DNA of 64,000 nucleotides from Alphaproteobacteria bacterium. Its GTDB lineage: Bacteria > Pseudomonadota > Alphaproteobacteria > UBA828. Positions within the stretch are counted from its first letter, which is position 1, and every line of letters starts with the position of its first letter. Below, one piece after another: positions 19,624-28,664 of the stretch. The stretch lies in NCBI GenBank assembly GCA_965214705.1, contig OZ243972.1, positions 1,888,001 through 1,952,000 on the forward strand, in the 5' to 3' direction. Under the pieces are notes generated by a model that was given only the letters and a program-made list of their open reading frames with translations, did not search any database and was not told the origin of the DNA. The translations under genes and the position numbers were made by a program.

Positions 19624-19784
19624 GTGCCCGCTGCGTCGGGCCGCCCGTCGAATACAACAGCCGATCCCGGTGCGGGGTAGCTCCCCGTACCTAGGTGAAT
19701 AGGCGGGGACCTCACACACCCGTGTGTCGTTAGCAACGGCCCGGCACCCGCCGGGTCGAGCGAACCGACGCGGAGGGTGTCATG
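19624..19784 (+). promoter_or_regulatory. Conserved structured 5' leader, copy A (candidate cis-regulatory RNA)
   Basis: Shares CCCGGTGCGGGGTAGCTCCCCG, GGTGAATAGGCGGG, GCAACGGCCCGGCACC-GCCGGG and TGTCATG with 62942-63100. Confidence 0.6.
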
Positions 19785-20351
19785 AAAATCAGACATATTT
19801 CCATGCTGGCGATCCTGTTGGTCGCCTTGTCGGCGTGCAAAGCCGTCACGCTCGAGGAAGCCACCGTGACCCAGCCCACGTTCGGCATTGAGGCCGAGGA
19901 CTGGGGCGTCCCTGCGACCGACGAGCTCCGTCAGGGTGCCTATCACGCCCCGACACCGGCGACGCACCCGGTGGCCGCGGTCATCAACACACAGGACCTC
20001 CATGCACAGCTCATCGGTCCCAACCCGCCGGTGACGATCAACGTCCTGTCCGGCAAGAACCGGATTGCGTCGATCCCCGGCTCGATCTGGCTGCCTGCCG
20101 CAGGTCAAGGTGGTACGTTCGACGATAATATCCAGACGTACTTGGCGTCGACGCTCGGGAACCTCACCGACGACGATCTCGCGCAACCGATCGCGGTCTA
20201 CTGCTTGGACGCCAACTGCTGGCTGTCCTACAACGCCGCCCTGCGTCTCCACGCGCTCGGCTACGAGAACCTTTACTGGTATCGCGGCGGCATCGCCGCA
20301 TGGACGGCAGCAAATCTCCCCGCCCGAATGACCACGGCGTACAAGCAATAG
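19782..20351 (+). CDS. Rhodanese-like lipoprotein (CXXCW-motif type)
   Basis: Lipobox LSAC; HAPTPATHP, IPGSIWLP, YCLDANCWLSYNAA, GYENLYWYRGGIAAW. Confidence 0.8.
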   Translation: MKIRHISMLAILLVALSACKAVTLEEATVTQPTFGIEAEDWGVPATDELRQGAYHAPTPATHPVAAVINTQDLHAQLIGPNPPVTINVLSGKNRIASIPGSIWLPAAGQGGTFDDNIQTYLASTLGNLTDDDLAQPIAVYCLDANCWLSYNAALRLHALGYENLYWYRGGIAAWTAANLPARMTTAYKQ

Positions 20352-20398
20352 TCGGGTTCACCTGAACTTGCGATCCGAAAGAGACAAGGAGGCATGCC

Positions 20399-20863
20399 AT
20401 GAAGGTTCTTGCAGTACTGGTGACGGCGACCGCCGTGGCAATGGGGTGGTCGACGGCCAATGCAGGGGACGTAGAGATCGAGCCATTTGGATTCGGCTGG
20501 ATAGTCGTGGAAAACCAGCCCTGCCAAGTTTGGAACGGCGACCCCGAATACAAGATTGAAACAGCCGCCTGGACGGGCACCTGTATGGACGGCAAGGCCT
20601 CAGGTGAAGGGGAGTTGAATTTTGACCGAGGCAAGTTCATCGGCAAGGGCATCATGCGGACTGGCAAGATGCACGGGCTTTGGAGAATGAAGTCTTTCAA
20701 CGGTTCTACGGCAGTTGGGGAGTATCACGAAGGTCTTCCTCACGGTCGTATCGCCTCCACCCTTCCGAACGGACAGACCCACGAGTGCGAGTTTGAACAC
20801 GGTGTTGTCGATCTCCTAAGCTGTAAGTTCTACACTGGCCCCCCGTGGTGGGCAACAAAGTAG
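20399..20863 (+). CDS. Secreted MORN-repeat-like protein
   Basis: Signal peptide; WTGTCMDGKASGEG, GKMHGLW, GEYHEGLPHGR repeats; AAGGAGG RBS. Confidence 0.7.
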   Translation: MKVLAVLVTATAVAMGWSTANAGDVEIEPFGFGWIVVENQPCQVWNGDPEYKIETAAWTGTCMDGKASGEGELNFDRGKFIGKGIMRTGKMHGLWRMKSFNGSTAVGEYHEGLPHGRIASTLPNGQTHECEFEHGVVDLLSCKFYTGPPWWATK

Positions 20864-21105
20864 GGCAACGAGTCATTGGGGCCCGGCTGAATAGTGGTGG
20901 AGAATCAGCCATGCCACACGTGGTCGCCAGGCGAGAATTCAGAGATCACGGTTACTTGGCAAGGCGATTGCGTTAACGGAAAGAACTCCGGCGAAGGGCG
21001 AGAAGCTTGGAGCAGTCCGGTTGGCAAGTGGGTGTACGAAGGCACCATGTGGGCTGGAACACCGCACGGGCGGGGGACTTCTGTGGGACCAGACGGTATC
21101 TCCGG
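20864..21105 (+). pseudogene. Degenerate second copy of the MORN-like domain, in frame with the upstream gene
   Basis: G*IVVENQPC..W...WQGDCVNGKNSGEG parallels GWIVVENQPC; in-frame stops at 20861 and 20888. Confidence 0.6.
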
Positions 21106-21517
21106 CCGCCAAAGATCATCGGCACGCCATCGAAAAGCGCCACAGTGCACACGCCTCCCGCTCTCTTGGCATCAAACCGCCCCTTTACGGAAGATCGCCT
21201 TGAATGGAGTGCCAGATTCCAGATAGTGTCCCAACGACATGGCGCCACTCTCCCCGTCCAAGTTGTGGAAAGCCGGACAGGATCAGACAGCGGTCCCGAT
21301 TTCCAGGGTAGTCTGCCTCACTCGGCGGCAAAACCCCGCTCAGCGCCGGATATCTGCAAGCGGCTCAGGCGTCCATCGGGTGCTTCTGCCTCAGACGCTT
21401 CGAAATCGCTAAGGCCGCAGCCTCAGAACGGCACAAATTTTGGAATCAGGACGTTGGGCGCTAGAATGACATACGAATCCGCGGTATCTTGGTGAAAGAC
21501 CATTTGGGTATTCGACC

Positions 21518-22168
21518 ATGAAACAATCAGCCTCACTGCAGCGGTACATCGGTATTTTCCGCATGTCTCCTAGCCAGCTGGAACAACTTGCTGACGAAAT
21601 TACCGCCAGTCAGTCTTTAGATCGGCCGGTACACCTGTCCCAAGTTAATATTCGCACCAGAAACACCCGCGAGAGCTACGATAGTATTGAAGAGTTGCGG
21701 CAACATAGAGTATGGAAAAGGAAAATTGTTGATATCGAGATCACCTTTTCCGAAAACTACGACGCACAATGGAGCGAGCCTAGACGTATTTTTGTAAGCA
21801 GCGGGAAACATTTCAACTACGTCAGTGTTTCAGGCGACGACGTTGACTGGGTTGAAGGAACCATGGACGTAGTTGTAAAGAGAATAAGAAAACACTATGT
21901 ATGGTACCATCTGTTTGCCGGCAACATTGTCAAGTCATTGATTGCTGGAATTCTTGCAAACGTGGTAGGCGGTGCTTTGGCATATTTCGTTATGTCGGAG
22001 TTTATTGTGACTGCTTTTGGATTGGAGCCAACAATGGAGAAGTCTTACCGCTATATCGTTAGCGGACCTGTGATATTCTTCGGCTTTGTGTGCTTTTTCG
22101 CAGCATTCTCTATCTCGGATAAATCTAGAATAGTCGAAGATAATGTTGGCCGAAAGGTAACTACTTAG
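21518..22168 (+). CDS. Hypothetical membrane protein, low GC
   Basis: 216-aa ORF visibly more AT-rich than its flanks; two hydrophobic C-terminal segments. Confidence 0.65.
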   Translation: MKQSASLQRYIGIFRMSPSQLEQLADEITASQSLDRPVHLSQVNIRTRNTRESYDSIEELRQHRVWKRKIVDIEITFSENYDAQWSEPRRIFVSSGKHFNYVSVSGDDVDWVEGTMDVVVKRIRKHYVWYHLFAGNIVKSLIAGILANVVGGALAYFVMSEFIVTAFGLEPTMEKSYRYIVSGPVIFFGFVCFFAAFSISDKSRIVEDNVGRKVTT

Positions 22169-22480
22169 GTGCCCCACCAGCTCTGAGTGCGTGCTGCTTT
22201 TGCCGGAGGGACGGACATGCGGTCTGCGCGACCTCCAGGTTCCGGACCAGGAGGTAATCGAGGCTGCCGTGCCGGAGGGGTCGGCCGCGCTGGTTTCGGA
22301 AGATCGGAGCATCCTGCTCGTCGCCGTATTCCTTCAGCCACGCGTCGAGGGCCGCGACCGAGTCCCTGCGCAGCGGGATGCAGCGCTCCTCAAGTCCTTT
22401 GCCGTGACAGCGAAGATGGGCGCCATCACCGATGTGGATATCAACACGCCGCAGGGCGATGATCTCCGAGGCCGGACCGC
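22169..22480 (-). pseudogene. Internal fragment of a tyrosine recombinase gene
   Basis: ASEIIALRRVDI...HLRCHGKG..ERCIPL...PIFRNQRG...ACPSLRQK; both ends missing. Confidence 0.65.
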
Positions 22481-22700
22481 TGTCCGGTCGGCTCTCTGCG
22501 ATAGCTCGCTGGGCGAGCTGCGGGCAGCGCGGAAGTCTCTCGGTGCTTGGCGGACACTGCATGTTGGTAGGGTGTAACGTTGACGAGGCGGCGGATGTCC
22601 GAGTGGCCGGTTTCGGAGAAGCGCTAAAGAGCTCGGTGGATGCGGCGGGCCGTCGCGGGATGGAGGGAGAGAATGTTATTTTCGGCGCGTGGGGTCCAGG

Positions 22701-22967
22701 TCAGTCGCCACGTCGTAGTCCGAGCTTATGGCGAATTATGTCATCCGAAATGCAGCGGCCGGCGGCGATGTCGCGATGCCCTTCGTCGATGGCTTTGCGG
22801 TCCTCATCGCTGAGAGGTTCGTCGTCGACGGGAGCGGAATGCATCGCACGGAAGACGGGATCGTCCTGGTTGAGGAGAGAGCGTAAGTAGCATTCGGCTG
22901 CTTCCACCTGGTCTTCGGATAGCTCGTCGACGAGTTCGTGAAGGCGCATCTTGGGTGGTGGATTCAT
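22701..22967 (-). CDS. Small antitoxin-like hypothetical protein
   Basis: LHELVDELSE...APVDDEPLSDEDRKAIDEG..DIAAGR; no cognate toxin seen. Confidence 0.55.
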   Translation of the reverse strand: MNPPPKMRLHELVDELSEDQVEAAECYLRSLLNQDDPVFRAMHSAPVDDEPLSDEDRKAIDEGHRDIAAGRCISDDIIRHKLGLRRGD

Positions 22968-23248
22968 GGAAGTGGATCCGTGGGCTGCGGTCATGGCGAA
23001 CTTCGCCGAAGTTAGGGAGGAACAGGGAGCCCGTCCAGTGTCGTTGGATGGGGGATCGGGTTTTAGTGAAGGGTGAGGAGGATGCCCCTCGGCGCAGGGA
23101 GGAATGCGGCGAGGCATCGGGAAGAGAGTGCGCGAAAGATGCAGGAGGCTCGATGCTATCGCGAACCGCGCCGGGGTGTGAGCCCTGAAACAGGTCAAGA
23201 GGGCGTTCGGGTTCTATCCCGGGTGCTCAGTCAGAAAGGATCACGACC

Positions 23249-23635
23249 ATGGGAGCCACCCACGTCACCGTCACCATTCGCAATCCGGCTGACCCCGACA
23301 ACGTCTGGGAAGGCCTGTTCCTCGTCGATACAGGCGCCATCGATTCCCTCGTCCCAGGCCCGCACCTTGACGCCATCGGCCTGAAGCCCGAGGGCAGGCG
23401 AGTTTACGAACTTGCCGACGGCAACGAGAGCGTCATGGACATCACGACCGCGGAAATCGAGTTCATGGGAGAGATCGTCGGCGGAACGATCCTGTATGGA
23501 GCCCCGGATGCCGAGCCACGCCTCGGCCTTGCCGCCCTGGCATCGGTCGGCATCGAGGTCGATCCCGTGAGCAAGCGCCTCAAGAGGCGCCCAGCCGTCC
23601 GCCTCAAGAGCCCTGGCACTTGTGTCGGGACCTGA
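23249..23635 (+). CDS. Clan AA aspartic protease (AF_0612-like)
   Basis: FLVDTGA catalytic motif, YELADG, EPRLG...L...GIEVDP. Confidence 0.8.
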   Translation: MGATHVTVTIRNPADPDNVWEGLFLVDTGAIDSLVPGPHLDAIGLKPEGRRVYELADGNESVMDITTAEIEFMGEIVGGTILYGAPDAEPRLGLAALASVGIEVDPVSKRLKRRPAVRLKSPGTCVGT

Positions 23636-23942
23636 ATACCGTTCCTCTCCGACATCTCCTCACGACTCGCCAGGACGGCACCCTCGTTCCCTCGGCGCCG
23701 GCAAATCCGCGTCAGCGCCCACCCCACATGGCGGCGCTCGACGCGCCCGAGCCCGAGTGAAGCCACCGCGAGGCAAGCCGCGGACAGGGCGAGACCCGGC
23801 TGTATTCCCCATGGCGTGCGCCTCGTAGAAGACGATCACACGTGAGAGAGTCCGTAAGCGATGGAGTGGACGCCCCTCCCGGCGGCATCGCGATGTGCCA
23901 TGTTGGCGGTGGTGTCAACGCCAAGAGAGGAAAGGGGCGTCC

Positions 23943-24965
23943 ATGGAACAGGCTACCATGATCGGAATCGATCTGGCGAAGAACAGCTTTCAACTTCACG
24001 GTGCGCGAACCGACGGATCGGTCGCGTTCCGCAAGAAGTTGAGCCGCGGGAAGGTGCTGGAGTTTCTGGACTCGCATCCACGGTGCGCGGTGGCGATGGA
24101 GGCTTGCGCCAGCGCTCATTACTGGGGCCGGGAGATTGGCGCTCTGGGCCACTCGGTGAGGCTGATTCCCCCGCAATATGCCAAGCCTTACGTCAAGCGT
24201 CAGAAGAACGATGCAGCGGATGCCGAGGCGATCTGCGAGGCGGCGGCGCGTCCGACGATGAGTTTCGTTGCGGTCAAGACGGCGGAGCAGCAGGGTCGGG
24301 TAATGCTGTTCCGGACACGCGATCTGTTGGTGCGTCAGCGCACCCAGACGATCAACGCGCTGCGCGGCCATCTCGCGGAGTTCGGCGTCGTTGCGGCCCA
24401 GGGTCGGGTCCATGTCAACCGCCTGGCGACGGCGCTTGAGGATCCTGACTCAGACCTGCCTGATGCGGTCCGCGAGCTGGGCACGCTTCTGCTTGAACAG
24501 ATCGCCGGGTTCAACGCGAAGATCGAGTGCCTGGAGAAGGAAATCCACGCGAGCGCGCGGCAGGATGCAGAAGCACGGCGCCTGATGAGCGTGCCGGGGA
24601 TCGGCCCGATCACCGCGATGGCGATCCAGGCCTTCGCACCGCCGATGGAGACCTTCCGGCGCGGCCGGGACTTCGCCGCCTGGCTCGGCCTGGTGCCGCG
24701 CCAGCACTCGACCGGCGGCAAGCCGCGGCTGGGCAAGATATCGAAGATGGGCCAGCGCGATCTCAGGCGTCTGCTGATCACGGGCGCCATGGCGGTCGTC
24801 CGCTGGGCGGTTCGGCGGGGCCGGACGAGCGACCCGTGGCTCGCCAGGATGCTGATGCGCAAGCCGAGGATGCTGGTCGCCGTGGCGTTGGCCAACCGGA
24901 TGGCGCGCATCGTGTGGGCGCTGATGACGAAGAAGGAGAGTTACCGGGCTCCCGCAGCCGCCTGA
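23943..24965 (+). CDS. IS110 family transposase (DEDD)
   Basis: IGIDLAK, MEAC, KNDAADAEAI, SVPGIG, WLGLVPRQHSTGGK, VAVALANRMAR. Confidence 0.95.
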   Translation: MEQATMIGIDLAKNSFQLHGARTDGSVAFRKKLSRGKVLEFLDSHPRCAVAMEACASAHYWGREIGALGHSVRLIPPQYAKPYVKRQKNDAADAEAICEAAARPTMSFVAVKTAEQQGRVMLFRTRDLLVRQRTQTINALRGHLAEFGVVAAQGRVHVNRLATALEDPDSDLPDAVRELGTLLLEQIAGFNAKIECLEKEIHASARQDAEARRLMSVPGIGPITAMAIQAFAPPMETFRRGRDFAAWLGLVPRQHSTGGKPRLGKISKMGQRDLRRLLITGAMAVVRWAVRRGRTSDPWLARMLMRKPRMLVAVALANRMARIVWALMTKKESYRAPAAA

Positions 24966-25219
24966 GAGAGCGGCAAAGCGGGTAACTGTCGGGGACGCGG
25001 GCAGGTCTGAGGAAAGGCAAGGGCAAACGGTCAATCGAGACGGGATCGGGAAAACCAGCTTCCGGATGCAGAGCTTTCGAGCTCGCGTAAGCGATATGGA
25101 CCCGGTCCGCGCATCTCCATGAGGGCCCGCGGCGTGTGACGTGCCGCATTGAGAGGCCGGACACACGACAGCACCTGACCGCATGCGCTGAGCCGACCGA
25201 AAAAATGCTTGCGTCAAAC
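24966..25219 (+). ncRNA. Probable bridge/seek RNA-encoding region of the IS1111-type element
   Basis: ~250-bp non-coding segment between transposase stop and right inverted repeat, the position known for IS1111 guide RNAs; exact ends unknown. Confidence 0.5.
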
Positions 25220-25249
25220 GGGGCGTCCACACACATCCGGCGGGGGCCG

Positions 25250-25314
25250 CCGCCGCGCAGGCCCTGCATCCGGATCGCCAGCTTCACGATATTCGTCAGT
25301 CCTTCATAGCGCAC
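25250..25314 (-). pseudogene. 5' remnant resembling a WYL-type regulator N-terminus
   Basis: GGAGAGG RBS then MRYEGLTNIVKLAIRMQGLRGG, then truncated. Confidence 0.3.
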
Positions 25315-25469
25315 CGGACTTTCCTCTCCCGACCCCGCGGGTTCCGCGCCTCTCACCCTAGCGGGCGACGGCGAGGCGCGGAACCTGCAGAACCCGGCAT
25401 GGCCAAGCATACGGCCGGAAGCCGACAGGCCGGGGCCGGTCCGGCTTGGCGGCGGATCGGTTGGTCGCC

Positions 25470-25873
25470 GTCGTCGGCGGTGGAGCGAGGCGCAGAAGCG
25501 GCAGATCGTGGCGGAGACCCACGAGCCGGGGGTCTCGGTGCCGATGGTGGCGCAGCGCTACAACCTCAACGCCAATCAGATATTCGGGTGGCGGCGTCTG
25601 TTTCGCGAGTCTGAGCGTGCCGGCGTGGCCGGCCGGTTCGTGCCGGTGGTGGTCGAAGCAGCACCAGGGCAGGAGGCGGACGCGGCGACGATGAGCCCAC
25701 CATCGGAGAGTGTCGTCGCGGAGGGCCAGCCTGCGACGGGCCGGATGGAGATCGTGCTTTCGGGCGATCGCCGGGTGATCGTCGATCGGGCGGTCGACGG
25801 GGCGGCGCTGTCACGCGTGATCGCTGTTGCTCGGCGCGCGTGTTGGACGCCGATCGGCGTGGTAAGGTGTTGA
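25470..25873 (+). pseudogene. IS66 TnpA-like remnant
   Basis: IVAETHEPGVSVPMVAQRYNLNANQIFGWRR...GRMEIVL...RVIVD. Confidence 0.7.
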
Positions 25874-25911
25874 TCTGCCTTTATTCCGAGGGTCAATCTA
25901 CGACGCCGAGC

Positions 25912-26140
25912 AACACTACGTCTTCTGCGGCGATCATCTGCTGGCCGCCAAGCTGAGGCGGGCTGACATCGACGCCAGCGCCGGCGCGACAGACGAAGTG
26001 GCGCGTATCGTCGCGCGCATCCGCGCCCGCTGGCCCGCCGTCGAGATCGTGCTGCGCGCGGACTCCGGCTTCGCCCGCGAGGAACTGATGGCCTGGTGCG
26101 AGGAGAACGGGGTGGATTACGTCTTCGGGCTGGCGCGGAA
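25912..26140 (+). pseudogene. IS1380 family transposase fragment
   Basis: YVFCGDHLLAAKLR...ARWPAVEIVLRADSGFAREELMAWCEENGVDYVFGLARN. Confidence 0.75.
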
Positions 26141-26742
26141 TGTCAACGGCGGCGGGATTATGCGCCAGAGCGGCGGAGTAAAATTGTACCACTGGCACGG
26201 CGGTAGCTTGTCCCCGTAGTCCACGGGAGGGCCCCGCGCGCGGGGCGACGCGCCCTCGGCGCGGTTGGCTTCTTCTCCAGGAGCGACAGATAGTGCAGCG
26301 GGTCGTAGACCACATCGCCGCGCAGGTAGGAGCGCCGGTGGCGGGCGACGATCTCGGCACCGAGCGCGATCTCGACCCGGTCGACATAGCCCTTGACCGC
26401 CACCTTCTTGTGGGCGTGGACCGCCGGCGCCGAGTAGTCCACCAGCCGGTAGCGCACCAGGGCGGTCGACGAGACCTGGCCCGGCACATGCTCGCAGGCC
26501 TCGAAGGGAACCGCCGGCAGATCGCGCAGGGCGTCGAGATCGGCGAGCAGCGCCGCCGCCTTCTCGCCCTGCTCCAGCGTGTCGAGACGCTCCAGGCAGC
26601 GTGCCATCAGCCGCTCGTTCAGGGCATCCAGGTCCCTCACCTTCGGGACCGGCACCATGAACGTGCGCCGCGCTGTCTTCACCAGGGCCTCGACCTTGCC
26701 CTTGTCGTTGCCCTTGCCGGGCCGGCCGAAGCGGTCGCGGAA
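26141..26742 (-). pseudogene. IS21 family remnant (terminal repeat plus istA fragment)
   Basis: TGTCAACGGCGGC...AAATTGTACCA IS21-type end at 26141; PGKGNDKGKVEALVK, VSSTALVRY..VDYSAP, YDPLHYLSLLEKKP. Confidence 0.75.
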
Positions 26743-26834
26743 CACCGGCTCGACGGTTTGCCGACGCAGCCTGCAGAGCGCCCGGCCCTCCTCGCTGTCG
26801 AGCTTGTGCGCCATCTCCCGCAGCCACGCGGCCT

Positions 26835-27823
26835 TAGCAGTCTGTCGGACTTTGGGGTGGTGTTCAGTTAGAATTCGGCTATGAGCAGATTCGTGGACTG
26901 CGGTCGGGACCAAGCTTTCTTGCTTCCGCCCGATCTTCGGGATTGGATCCCGGAGGACGATCTGGCGCACTTCGTGATCGAGGCGGTCGAGCGCGTCGAC
27001 ATGGGCGCCTTCAAGGTGAACCGTCGCGGCAGCGGCTCGGCGCAGTATCACCCCCGGATGATGCTGGCGCTGCTGATCTACTGCTATGCCAACGGGATCT
27101 TCTCGAGCCGTCGGATCGAGCGCGCGACCCGTCGCGACATCGGTGTGCGCTTCGTTGCCGCCAACAGGCATCCGGACCATGACACGATCGCGACCTTCCG
27201 GCGCGAGAACCGTGGGGCGATCGCCGAGAGCTTTCTTCAGGTTCTTCTTCTGGCCAAGGAGTTGAAGCTGGTGAAGGTGGGGGTGGTGAGCGTGGACGGC
27301 AGCAAGTTCGATGCCGCTGCGAGCAAGCATCGCTCGGTCAGGTATGACCGGGCGGGGGAGCTGATCGAGCAGTTGCGTCTGGAGATCGCCGATCTGATGG
27401 AGCGTGCCGAGGCGGCGGACGCCGGCGGCGGCGAGGATGCGCAGGCGCTGCCCAGGGAGATTGCGCGCCGCGAGGCCTTGTGTGCGCGCCTGGAGGAGGC
27501 GCGCCGGCGTCTTGAGGCTCAGGCCCGGGCGCGTGCCGAGGCGGAGCGAGCGGCCTACGAGGCCAAGGTATTGGCACGCGCCGGGCGCTTACAACTGCAA
27601 GCGCCTGCACAGGCTGACGTTGTCCCTGGCGTCATGACGGCGTTCCTGGCCCGACGTCTCAATGCAAATGCGTCGACACAGCCCGGCAGTGCCGGAGAAC
27701 GACGTTCCGGCGATCACCCCAATCCCATCCCCGCCGTCACATCCAACCCCAAGCGTGCCACCGGCAGACGACGGCCAGATCACTCATAATCGAAATCCGA
27801 CCCCAAAGTCCGACAGCCTGCTA
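26835..27823 (+). mobile_element. Internally deleted IS1182-like element
   Basis: Inverted repeats TAGCAG(T/G)CTGTCGGACTTTGGGG at both ends; ORF 26881-27789 has QAFLLPPDLRDWIP, YHPRMMLALLIYCYANGIFSSRRIE, VSVDGSK but lacks most of the C-terminal catalytic region. Confidence 0.75.
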
Positions 27824-27848
27824 GCTCAAGTCTTCCCGGTTCAGCGGC

Positions 27849-28364
27849 TCACTCACGCGAGGCATGTTTCGCGTCGGGAAGGAGCAGCAGCAAGGATTGA
27901 ATGATTTCAGCGACGAATTCGGCACGTCCGCTGACCCCGGCCTTGGCGTAGATGGCTGTAGCCTGCAGCCGGGTGGTGTTTTCCTTCACTCCGCGCGCCT
28001 CGGCGATTTCGGCGAAGCGATACCCCTTGATGATCAGCCAGGCGACGTCTTTCTCGCTGCTTGTCATGCGCCACTCGTCCATCAGCTCGGCGATGCTATC
28101 CGCAAGTCCTTGGGAAACCGCCCGGTTCCGTTTCTCCTCCACGTCCAGTCGGGTACGCAGTCGACCCAAGTCGCGCGCACCAAGAAGAAGCGCCATCGAG
28201 ACGCCGAGAAACACGATCAACTCGATAATGAAGTGGGTCGTACCGAGTTCATCGTCGATGACGATGTCCACGATGAGATCGTACAAGAAGAACAATATCG
28301 CGATCGCAAGCGCCCCTAGCGCAAGTAATCGCCGCTGAACGATCTTTCTCGATGAGTCACGCAT
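27849..28364 (-). CDS. LuxR-type HTH regulator with two N-terminal transmembrane helices
   Basis: W.MTSSEKDVAWLIIKGY.FAEIAEARGVKENT.RLQATAIYAKAGVSGR. Confidence 0.85.
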   Translation of the reverse strand: MRDSSRKIVQRRLLALGALAIAILFFLYDLIVDIVIDDELGTTHFIIELIVFLGVSMALLLGARDLGRLRTRLDVEEKRNRAVSQGLADSIAELMDEWRMTSSEKDVAWLIIKGYRFAEIAEARGVKENTTRLQATAIYAKAGVSGRAEFVAEIIQSLLLLLPDAKHASRE

Positions 28365-28664
28365 TTGACCGGCAATCCCCCATGATGGCGCCACACCGCG
28401 CGTGGACCCTCCACCGACCTCACCTCAAGCGTCCGCGGCTGAAGACTCGACAGCGAGGCCGGTGCGCCGGCGGCGCGCAGCGTTGCCGGGCGAGGTGCAG
28501 GTCCACGACGACGGCACCTTGGTCCATATAGCAGTCCGCCGTGCCCCTAATTATATAACAATCCACATATGCGGGGCGCCCAACCTTACAACAAACCGGT
28601 CTAGCGGCCGTTCCAACAAGCGATTTGACTTGGCGTCCGACCCACATCGAGGGGAACTGTCGTC

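Larger units (their letters stand above)
23861..25236 (+). mobile_element. IS110 family (IS1111 group) element
   Basis: Subterminal inverted repeats GTGGACGCCCC (23866-23876) / GGGGCGTCCAC (25220-25230); no target duplication; long 3' non-coding region. Confidence 0.85.
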
